Positions 25,101-36,730 of a stretch of 64,000 nt of DNA are shown piece by piece; the stretch's first letter is position 1, and the number at the start of each line of letters is the position of its first letter. Source of the stretch: Vicugna vicugna (lineage: Eukaryota); contig MU057651.1 of the NCBI GenBank assembly GCA_013265495.1, positions 1,313,674-1,377,673 of the forward strand, in the 5' to 3' direction. The notes under the pieces are model-generated. The model was not told where the DNA came from. It worked only from the letters and a program-made list of their open reading frames with translations, and did no database searches. The position numbers and the translations under genes were made by a program.

Positions 25101-28100
25101 CGGATTGTTGGCTTGCTGATTAGGCTCACAAGTAAAAGCGAGACCCTTCTGTAGTGTTGTGGGTGGATTATAGGACTAACACTTGCCTTATAGACAGACT
25201 AGGGTATTTTAAACTTTGACCATGCAATTGTGCAGAGCATAATATGGACCATATATTGTAATGGGGTGGGAGACGGCACTTTTTTTTAAGCTCCCGTGTG
25301 GAGAGTCACTGCATTAGGGGATAATAGTTTTAAATGAAGCCACATTTCTAACAAGGGACCAGATAATGAGGATAAATGAAATCTGCAGACAGTCTAGCAG
25401 CTTCATTTTAGCCATTATTTATAATCTCTTCTCCTACCAAACCTTTTTACTATGTAGCAAAATTGATTAATTTGGATGTATCTCTTCTCCCTGTGTCCAC
25501 ATGCTCTCTGATAGAGGAGTGAACAGATAGAGAAATGGACAAGAGAGGAAAGAGGATGAGGCTGAGGCCAGGTGGAGTTGGGAATGCATAATCTCCAATC
25601 CGAATAATCAACTCCAGAATAATCAAGATATATTTTAGGGTCCTAACATTAATCTTGATATTTAATCATTCTGGGCGATGTTAAAAACAAAAGATTGTAT
25701 AATAGCATTAATATAAATCACTTGCTATGGAAAGGTTCCGAATAAACGTAGCTTTCTTTTTTAGCATGAAACAGGAGTCTATTGAACCGCTCTTAATGTC
25801 CTCTCAGCACACACAGATACAGCTCTGTTTAATTCCATATCCTCTTATCTATAAGTCCTACATTTAATTTACTACCATTCGAGTTGATTTATAGCTTTGC
25901 TTAGCAAAAGTACAGTCTTGATTAAAAGGATATTACCATAGCTGATGGACCTTGAAAGCATTTTTTTTCCTCAGACCTTCTAATAATTTTGAAAATGATC
26001 TGCAGACTCTGATAAGGCTACCTTTGCAAGTCTCCAGTTTTTGCTCACCTGGCTGTACTTTGCTCAGTGGTAGTGTAGTGAGGGGTATTTGGTGGCACAG
26101 TTTTCCCATATGCTAACTCCTTATCCAGCCTTAGAAGTGGCAAGTTACTAGGATAGAGTTTTAGAGCAAGTTTGCTTCAAAGAACCCCAAGCCCCTTGTT
26201 AGCTGATCTCTTATCTAGCTGATAATTGCAACTAGAGCCTTTATCTCTTGGGACGCTGCTGGGCCAAAGGATTCTCCAGTCTGTCCAAGGGAGGATTCCA
26301 TTATTATCCATGAGGGTTACGTTTTGGAGTTGCAGCTGTGACAATACAGAATGAGTTTTGGTGCTCATTTCAGGGGTGATGACTTAATTTGCAAAGCCAG
26401 TGATCTCCACGGGTTGGCCAGATTCGGTCATTCTCCTCAGGAGGCCATTTTCCACTCTCCTGTTTTGATTGCGCAGTATGACTGTTTGGTGGCATCTGTG
26501 GTTCTGGGAGCAAGGAAAATGTTGTTGCTCAACAGGTGACAAAGGCTATTTATGCTTTGATTCTGTTCAGAACATTATTACCATTCTCCTGATTCCACTA
26601 GTTGAAAAAAATGAGTCACTCTGGCTTGGCTTTCTGTCTCTGTGGAGTATATTTTTGACCTATGAAATAAGTTATTTCTCACAAAGGAATCACTTTAAAA
26701 TCACCATACCTACAGTTCAATATACAAGGGCTTTCAAATGCTCAGAACCATAGGAACACAGAGAAGAATTCAAAATTGTCAATGTGGTACTAATTTAAAA
26801 TGGGAGAGTTTTGATAATTTTTTTCCTATCAAACTTGATGGTGGGGCCTTCTCAAAATACAAAAGTAAATCAATTTTATTTGTGAACAATTTTTATTTTG
26901 GTCAGTACGTCCTTCCAATTTGGTCTTAACTTCCTCATATTTATCTTTATTAAGATATTATTCACATACCATACACTTGGTCTTATCTCTTTTCATTATT
27001 AAGTTACTAGGCTTCAAAAGCTCTGTAATTTTTGTTGAAGAGCACAGAATGTACTTATGTCTAAATCACCTCCAATTTGCCTAAATCACTTTTTTGCAAC
27101 ACATAGTCTGTCAGAGCTAGACTGATTATTAGAGGTTACCTGGAATAAAAATCACCCGGGGAGTTGTTCTTTTCCCAAACTATACTTGCTGAAGTATAAA
27201 ACCTCCTAAAATTCTTATAAAATTTTGCAGCCTCCATCCCCACCCCATGCTAATTAAACAGTACTGATTCAGCCTAACATTCCCACCTCCCAGGGAAACA
27301 TTCTTCCTCTCACAATTTTGATTAGACACTTTAATAAACACCAAAATTCTTTTCAATTTTAACTTGACAGATTTTTGATAAATTGAGTTGAAGATGGCAG
27401 AATTCACCTCAGTGAATGATGGGAGCATAAATTATTTATGCCATATATTTTTAAAAATAAATTATGAAGGCTCTGATATTATTGAAGGAAAAAAATTTCA
27501 AAGTCACTGATCAGAAAGTCAGTATCCAGAAACTGTTGCAAATTTGTCATTGTCTCCGTACCGTGTCAGGCACTGGGGAGATGAGTAGATGTCCTTTATC
27601 CTGGAAATGTCTGATAGCTAAGCACTCATATTTCTTCTCAGCTGTCCACAGTCATTTCCCACAGGGTAGGGGAGGCCTTATTGTGTTAGTTTTTAAACAG
27701 CTGCCCTGATTGCATTCTCAGCAGAAGGAGATTCATAAGAATACTGATATTAGATAGAAGAAATGACCACAGAGATAGGCTTTAATAAAAAAACATAAAC
27801 TGCTCAGAAGATCTGTCAGACTCTAATGGATGGTTGTGTGAAGACTTAGGTAAAAACTGAAATGGATTTTCCAGAGGACTTTTTTCCCTGAAAAATTGAA
27901 AACTTTCAGGCTAAGTGCAGAAGAAGTGGAAGAAGTTTCTGTGGACCCCTTTTCCTCTTCTAGACCTTCACATCCATTTATGTGTATGGCTGTAACCACC
28001 TGCTCTGAAAAGAAGCCTCTTTCTTGTGTAAAAAATGTGTACCTGGTCCTAACCTCTTCCCTCCAGGACCTTGGACAACCTTAAGCTCCACCTGGGAATC

Positions 28101-28725
28101 GTTGATCTAAAGCAGCCATGGATTTAGGAGGAAAGAACGGAGTTGTTATACTTTTGAAATGTCATTTTTGTTATCCATGTTTATAAAGAAGTAAAGAACC
28201 TTTTAATGAACTTTAGCTCTATATACTATTCTATGTGAGATATGAGGGGAAAGGACAGATTCCTTTTCACTGGATGCTAATCAAGGAAAAAGTACCTTAC
28301 TTTCTTAAAACATTAGCAAGAAATTGCCCACAGTTACTTGGGAGACTCCCTTTTTTAGGGTACCACCAAAAGTTAGCCAGTTTCACATAATAAAGTGATA
28401 GTGGTCTCTGAGTTAGTGTATAAGAAACTATGCAAAAATGCCCTGCCCTGAAGTAACTGGAAATCTTTATTGCTCTTAGATTTGGCAGCAGTGTATGAGG
28501 GCAACGATGGAGATGGACAGTGAGGGTTTGCCACCCCCACTTTAAGCCACAGTACATTTTTCAGAAGTACTATCTGTAATGGGTGACGATGTAGGATCTG
28601 GGAGTTGTTGGTTTTTTAAGTCTTATCTGTGTTTATCTACATATAATTCAAGGTTTTAAAGAGACTAGGCAGTTTGGGAAGAGTCAGCAGCCCTTGAAGT
28701 TTAAGAACGCAATCTGAAATGGTGA

Positions 28726-29241
<516 letters not shown>

Positions 29242-30416
29242 TGAAGAATTTAAACAAATATACAAATTGCAATGCACTATCTGACCTTGCAGTTATGTCT
29301 GATAATTGATCACTGACAAATTATAAGAAATGACTCTTCCATCACTGCCACTGCAACGTCTGTATGAAATCGGTAAATTATACAGAAGCTGAACCTCTGC
29401 ACCAAAGTCTGGCAGCAAAGACATACAAAAGTATACTTTCCAAAAAGCAAAGATTTGTGAAAGTTGGGTTTTATTTTAAGGCAATGGTTTGCTACAAATT
29501 TAAAGTGCCATTTCCCCATATTCTACTGTGCTGCACCCTCGCGGCAAAAACAAGTCTCAGCCACATAGTTCATTGTCAGTATCAAATGTTTCCTTCTTCT
29601 GGGACTGCCATTACTCATTCTGCTACTATCAAGACTGTAGGTTTCCCAAGATTAGGAGCATTGAGAATATTAGTTTTATATGTTCCTAATCAACAAATGT
29701 TTTTTGATTTTGCAGATAAAGCACAAACCTTTATGAACCACCACTGTAACACAAAATAAAGTTTCACCCCGTAGTATCTTGTCCTTCCTAGCCACTACTC
29801 AATTCTTGTTTCATGTTAGTTGAAATGAATATCTCTTCTTTATCTCATGGAGCATTTCTTCTCAGAAAGCATCTGCTATTTGCTTTTCCCATGTCTGTTT
29901 CATATAAATTTGAGATAGATAACTGCAAAAATTTACTACCATTAAGCCCCCTAAACAAGAGAATTAGTCTTTAAGGCAGCTATCTGAAGATTATTGGGGC
30001 TGCTTTTGAAGTTGTCTTAATTCTGTAGTTCCGTTGACGTCGTAAGGCTTACATAAGAGGTGGAAGGCTTCAACCATGAGTGTGCATCCTGTGTCAGAAC
30101 TGATAAAAATGCCTTTGAATCCTGCACACAGATGCACTTGATTGATGCCAGAAGATACCATTAGAAATGGCAATTACCATGGGTTAGTGTGGGAGTCCTA
30201 ATAACTACTATTGAGTTGGCACAATGATGCTTTTCCCTCCCATTTAAAAATGTCACTGGTGGAGGAGAGTACAGTGTTTGTGGCTTGTTGCTGAGACGTG
30301 GCTGAGCGGTCACTGCCAGTCTCTTAGGCTCCTTACCTTCCAGTGTGGTTGAAATAAAGAAGCCAATGTTGCTAGCCATTGTGCATAGCTAGAACTTTAG
30401 GTCTGCAGTGGTGTAG

Positions 30417-30638
<222 letters not shown>

Positions 30639-31129
30639 TAACCAGTACATCTTGATGCATATACCTATAATCCTTTGATCTCTCTCCTCTCTTAACTGCA
30701 CTTGTGTCTCTTCTGAAACAGAGTGGAAGTGAATGGCAGTACTGTGTACTGGGGGTGGAGACAGTGGAACCCTGCTGGGCAGTAAAACCCGTATCATGTA
30801 TGAGCCCATCCTTCCCATCTTAGCTCTGTGTGATTACTCTGGCTTTGCCTAAGCAAGCCCTCTGAGCCTTTAGACTGCATTATTGAAGAAAGTTACCCGA
30901 ATTAGCTATTGGCTAGCTTTCGACATTGCTTAGCAGAACCCCAGGATTCTGATCAGCAGTCCCCAAATGTGAATTTCATCTTAGAATTTTGGCAGTGATA
31001 GAAAGCTTGCTGAAAAACATAATTGAGCTAAGACTCACATATGCTAAATAAATTTCCGCATGGGCTCATAGGGGTACTTATTTAAAAAGGAAACTATCAA
31101 ATGGGTTACTGTTTCCATTTATTTTAATT

Positions 31130-32460
31130 CCACAAAACCACATTGGATGCCTATAGTCTAAAAATGGACTCTTCTCAGCTCTGAGGAGTTAACAAATTTG
31201 AAAATGCCTCCATCTCTGCTTTCTCTGAGCTCACATTCTAGGAAAATAGAAGAGCATGTACAATAATAATTATCACTATCAGGCAGAATGTGATGGATGC
31301 TGTCAAGTCATAGAGTAGGGAAAGAGGAATCCCAGAAAATTTCAAAGAGGAGGTCGATTTGAGGCTGAGCTCACTGAGTAGAATATTTGATAGGTGGAGA
31401 GTGAGGGAGGAAGGGATTAACTTAAAGAGAACTTAGTGAGTCAATGCATGTAGGTGGTGAAATACAGAGCAAATTCTAAGGAATGTTCCAAAGTCTGATT
31501 TGGTTGGTCTTTCGGTGTATATATAGAAGGTGGTCATTGAAATATGGCCCAGGTTAGATCATGGAGACTAAGGAGTTTAGACCTGATTCTATACGCAGTT
31601 GGTGGCCACTGAAGGGTTTTAAACAGATGAACTTGGGGAGGTGTAAGTTTGGCACAGGAAAATTTGTTAGGAGACAGGGCTTTTATCTAAGAATCTATGG
31701 CAGCAATCCAAAGAAGGTGAACTGGGAGCCTTAACAAGAGCTGTGGCAGGGGGATGGGAAGAAAGAAGGGAAAAGAAGATGTTGTGGAAGGAATAAAAGG
31801 ACTTAATCATCATTCAGAAGTAGGGAAGAGGAGCAAGTCAAGACTTTCGTCTAGATAAAAGGGACCAAGGCAGTCCATTTAAACTAAGAGAAGGGACCAC
31901 GTTGAAGAGAGTCACACTTATGCATTGATTCTGGATTTGAAGTGCTTTCTGGGATATGTGTATAGAAATATCCCATAGGTCATGAAAGTATACGTGTGTA
32001 AAGAGCTTATGGCTGGAGATGGTGATTTGGGATTGTCTGTAATAGAGGACATGGTTGAAGCTATGAGGCTAGGGTTCACTGGGTGGGGACAGAGGATAGG
32101 GTCAAAGGCACTGAAGGTAGAAACGTAGGAAAATGCTACAAGGCAGGGGTCAGATGAGTAGTCAGAGAGATAAGGAGCAGTCCGAGAGGCGGGGGGAGAA
32201 CCAGGGGAGTGTGGAGTTGCAGAACGCAAGGCACCAGAGAGCTCCAAACAGGGAGTGGTGAGCGGCATGATAATGGAGCGGCCGAGCAGGGTGGGGGGTG
32301 ACCTGAAAGAGCAGCCTCTGTGGAGGAGCGGCAGCACGAGCCAAGATGCACTGGGCCAAGGAGCAGCGTGAGATGAGGGATGGAAGGTGGAAAATACACG
32401 TTACTATTTTGAGAAGCGTGGCAAGGAAAAGAAACCTGGAGCTGGGGAAACACAGGGTTG
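31130..32460 (-). mobile_element. L2 fragment in the last AMMECR1 intron
   Basis: Purine-rich reversed L2 motifs (ggccactgaagggttttaaacag; ggctggagatggtgatttgggattgtc). Confidence 0.7.
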
Positions 32461-32699
32461 GGACACCGAGAGTAAGACAAGTGTTTTGTTGTTACTGTTT
32501 TCACTTAACGGCAAGACCGGAGATGTGCGGACAGAAGGAAGGAATGGTAGGAGAGGAAGCAAGGGGAGATCCCGGAAGAAAAAGTAGTCAAGTGCATGAA
32601 ATGCACACATGATAGTAACGGGCTGGCTTTCCTCTGTTCTTTCCTGTTAGCAAACCGGAGCTGAGGGGGCAATACAATCTCTAGAACAATTTGAATGAG

Positions 32700-32870
32700 G
32701 AGTAGTAGAGTGGAAAGAGCACCGGACTCAGACTCTGGATTCCTGGGTTCTGATCTCAGCTCTGCTGCTTACTAGCTGTGTGACACTGGGCAAGTCATTT
32801 CTCTCTCGGCCTCTGTTCCCTGTTCTACAAAATGACCTAAGAGGGTCCCTCCTAGCTCTGACATTGGCAT
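32700..32870 (+). mobile_element. MIR just upstream of the AMMECR1 terminal exon
   Basis: gtagagtggaaagagcac...cctgggttctgatctcagctctgctgcttactagctgtgtgacactgggcaagtca. Confidence 0.8.
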
Positions 32871-32909
32871 GTCACCTGCCTCTTGATGTTAACTTTGTCT
32901 CTTCCCTGA

Positions 32910-33035
<126 letters not shown>

Positions 33036-34502
33036 CACTGAGCCGCGCAGCCAGTCACTGGGCCTCTCTGCAGACCTCTTCCCAGGAGACCCTACCCCTT
33101 CTTGGTCTAGCTATCTCTTTTACTGTACCATTTTATGATGATAGTTTCCGTTGCCATGGTGAAGCTTCGACATCGTCAATTAAGATCATCATGGTAACGG
33201 GTAGGAAAATGGCATTTATTAAGATCATGTTTTATTATTTTAGATCATTGATTTTTTTTTTGCAGCACATATGAATTTCGGGATTTTTCTCTCCTTACAA
33301 TATTATATAGAATTTTGCTTTGCTATCTCAGTCAGGTTTCTGTCTTTCTGTCTTTCCTGCCTTCCTGTCTTCTTTCCTTCCTTCTTTCCTTCTTCTCTTC
33401 CTTCTTTCGACTGTGGATGGAAGAAATTGTGCAGTTAAGTATTTTATTTAGGTTTTTCTCTTGCTTTCCTCGGTAAGATAGATCATTTTTGATAGCCGTG
33501 TTTCAGAATAATTCATATCAAATTCAGGTATTTGTATATTAATGTTGAATTTGTCTAAAATTCATTTTGCTATGAGAGCTTAGTATGTGGGTCTTCACTC
33601 CGTAAGTATATGCTTTTCCCCTGGTTAAAATATATGAACTTTAGTTCTAGTATAGAACACTCGAAGGTCCATGATAGGCCTTGTCACAGAGAGTGAGAAA
33701 TCATTTATGCCTATTGTGCTGGTTATTATAGGAAAATCCATCTCATCACTTTATAGAACCAACTTACGAACTGAAACACTGTTTTAAGAAAGTACAAGCT
33801 ACCTTTGAAATATGCTACAGAAATCATTTTGACAAAAATATCAGGAAGAGAGCAGATACAGAATTTAGTGCCTTTGAGAAGAATATAATTAAGTGGAATT
33901 AAGAGGGGTTAGAAAAAAGGCAATTTAGAGAGATATTCTTATAAAATGTTATTGTTTCTATATGTGAAACAACAGATTAGACAAATTCCTTACTCTGAAG
34001 TATTTTTTTAAGCTGAAAAAAATTTATTTTGAGCAAGTAACCAAAAAGAGACATTTGTCTATTATATATTAATTTAAATTTGTTAGCTTTAGGTTTCAAT
34101 AAGTCATGATTGGCCAGAGACAATTATAGCTACCATTTAAAGAAATGGTAAAGATAATCTAGTGAAACAAAAGTTCATACATGCCATGATTTTGGATGTT
34201 TGTCATGGGGACAATACTGGAGTTTTAGAAATCCTGTAAAATCGCTTGAATCTCTTTCTGCACTACATACGTTTGAGAGAAACACATTTACTATATTGAT
34301 AAGATTGTTATGTTACACCTGGAAAAATGGAGTTGGCATTTAGATGTGATAGAGTTGTTAGAGCCCAGTTCATTTGCAGGGCTAGGCTTCCCATGATGCA
34401 TACAAAGAGAACTTCCTCATGTCAATAGGAGGTCCATATGTATACCCCAGAAAAAGTGACAGATGATTCTGGAGAAAAATTACCTTCATTTTATGGTAGT
34501 AA

Positions 34503-34505
<3 letters not shown>

Positions 34506-34542
<37 letters not shown>
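34506..34542. repeat. (TG)n microsatellite inside the AMMECR1 3'UTR
   Basis: About 18 perfect TG units, transcribed as (UG)n, the known TDP-43/CELF-type binding sequence. Confidence 0.95.
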
Positions 34543-34547
<5 letters not shown>

Positions 34548-36568
34548 TTTTTTTCAAACAGGAAACAAATATATCAAGTGATGAATATAAGTATGGTGCA
34601 GAATATATGGTCTAAAACTAAGATGTCACTGAGTGTCAAAATGGCATAGCTTATACGTGTAGTTGCTGTGACAAGTGACAGACTGCTAGTTCAGAATTTG
34701 AAAACCTTTTCTAGTTTGTGAGATAATTGGCTGAATTCCTTCTGCTTGCCCTTGTGGCAAAGCAAACTGCTTTCATTTCTGATGAGAGTTCTCAGAGGTT
34801 TGTTGGTATTCCTTCATCCACAGCATCCGTTGTTAAAATAAACATTTTCAGTTGTGATGCCTTAAATAAGAAGCCAATTGTTAGCCTGAAACGGGATCTC
34901 GGTAGCCAGTTCCCTTGAACCTAGAGATGAGTCAGAGAAAGCTACCTGTTGGGCTTTAGAAAGGGATTTTTGAGTCCTTTCATTTCTACTTGGGAGCATT
35001 TTGGAGCAGATTCATCTTTCAGTATAAAAACAAGTGGCTACCTGATAGAAACTTTTTCTTGCCCTTATAGGGATACTGAGCACAAGCTGAATGATATTGT
35101 TTGCTGCAAAAAAAAAAAGTAAATCAAACAAGCAAACTGAAGAGAGACAAAATAGACCAATATTGATCCATCTTGTCCATCATCTCATCAGTTCAACAGG
35201 CTCCTCATCCTGGGTGAGCTCATGGTTAGAAGTTTTTTTTTTTAAAGAAAAGATCTATTACATACACATATGTGTGTGTTTATGTATTTAACGGTGCTAA
35301 TCAATCTTGAGCAGGTCACGTGACTGGTCATGCGGACTCTAAAATCATATCAGATTTTTTAAAATTCTTGATATATGCAGATGTTATACAGATTTTCTTA
35401 CCAGTGTAATAATGTTATACTGAAGAAATAACCATCCTGCAGGCTTCAGAGGACGAGGTCAGCAATATTTCCCACCATGGCTTGGGGGAAAAGGATAGTT
35501 TTGTCTCCTTTTGTACTCAGATTAATGCACAGTGCATCTTTTGTGTCTAAGTAGCTGTTGATTAAAAGACTTTGTAGTGTAAAGGGTGTTATACAAACTT
35601 GTAATGGTGTGCTTCAAACAAATGCTAGACCCTTTCACCTTTGTCGTATATTGCAAAGCTGTTAAATATGTGGTTTGAATTAACTTTGAACATGTTGAAA
35701 TATGTAGCATGTGTTTTTAACTCAGACGAAGATTCTAATTGCACAGATTGTGTTCTAGCCAGTTGTGGTTTATTTGTTCAGAAACACAAATGTGAATTGC
35801 ACTCTTATCACCAGAATATTGTGTAAGTTCAGTGATCTGTAAACAGCTCAGAAGTAATACTTGAACTTCATTTGAGTAGCACAAAGTTTACATAGCCCCC
35901 CTTTTAAATGTTGATTAGTTCCATTTATGTTTTCCGTTTTCAAATGCAACTGAGTATTTTTCCTCTTGGAAAATAGTACGTATTTTACTTTGGTATGTAG
36001 CAAAAGGCTTCCAATTCTGGAAGGGTTTTCTTGTTCTTAAACAAGGTCAGCCAGGTACCAGATTCTAAAAGAACAACTGCCCCTCCCCCTCCCCCATTAA
36101 GTGGCCTTCTGACTGCACGAGACCGTGCTACCGCCCACTCCAGGCTCCCCGGTCATGAGAGGCCGGTATAACTGATGGAGGAAGTGTAAGGCTTGCTCTC
36201 TCTGCTCCCGTCTACCCCACCCCGCCCCGCTTAAAGCAATTAGATTTTCAGTCCAGTGCGTATAGCCCCCATGCCCAGCACACCGGAAGTTTGTATACTG
36301 GCCTCTTTTCATGTCTTCAAATGTGCAGGAAATTCGAAACTGTCATCTGGAATAGGTTCCATCTCTTCTGTGTGTTAGATCAAACCAAAGAAGCCCCCCA
36401 GCCATGCCCAAATGCTGCTCCAAAAGCCTGCCTTCCAGTCCTTACAAAAACCTTGCAGGATTAAATGTGTTAACTTTTTTATTTTTGTACAGTTTCTAAG
36501 TGATTTTTGCTAGTGATGTTAAATTGAATTAAGTTTATTTGAAGGGGTGTGAGCACCTCCTCCATTTG

Positions 36569-36574
36569 AATAAA
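36569..36574 (+). terminator. Possible alternative AMMECR1 polyadenylation signal (AATAAA)
   Basis: AATAAA followed by a U-rich tract and GTTGTGTG. Confidence 0.35.
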
Positions 36575-36724
36575 CTGGTGACTTTCCTTTTCTTTTTTAA
36601 AAGTGGAAACCCGTTGTGTGCCTCTCGATTTAAGGGTTTCTGATTACATTATTCTTAAGACCAGCATCGATCCTTTATATACAAAGATATGTTTTCCTTG
36701 TTTTTTATTACTGTTTCAGAAGAA

Positions 36725-36730
36725 AATAAA
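36725..36730 (+). terminator. Probable distal polyadenylation signal of AMMECR1 (AATAAA)
   Basis: AATAAA in U-rich context, with upstream TGTA (36487) and a downstream TGTTTTTGT tract near 36812. Confidence 0.65.
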
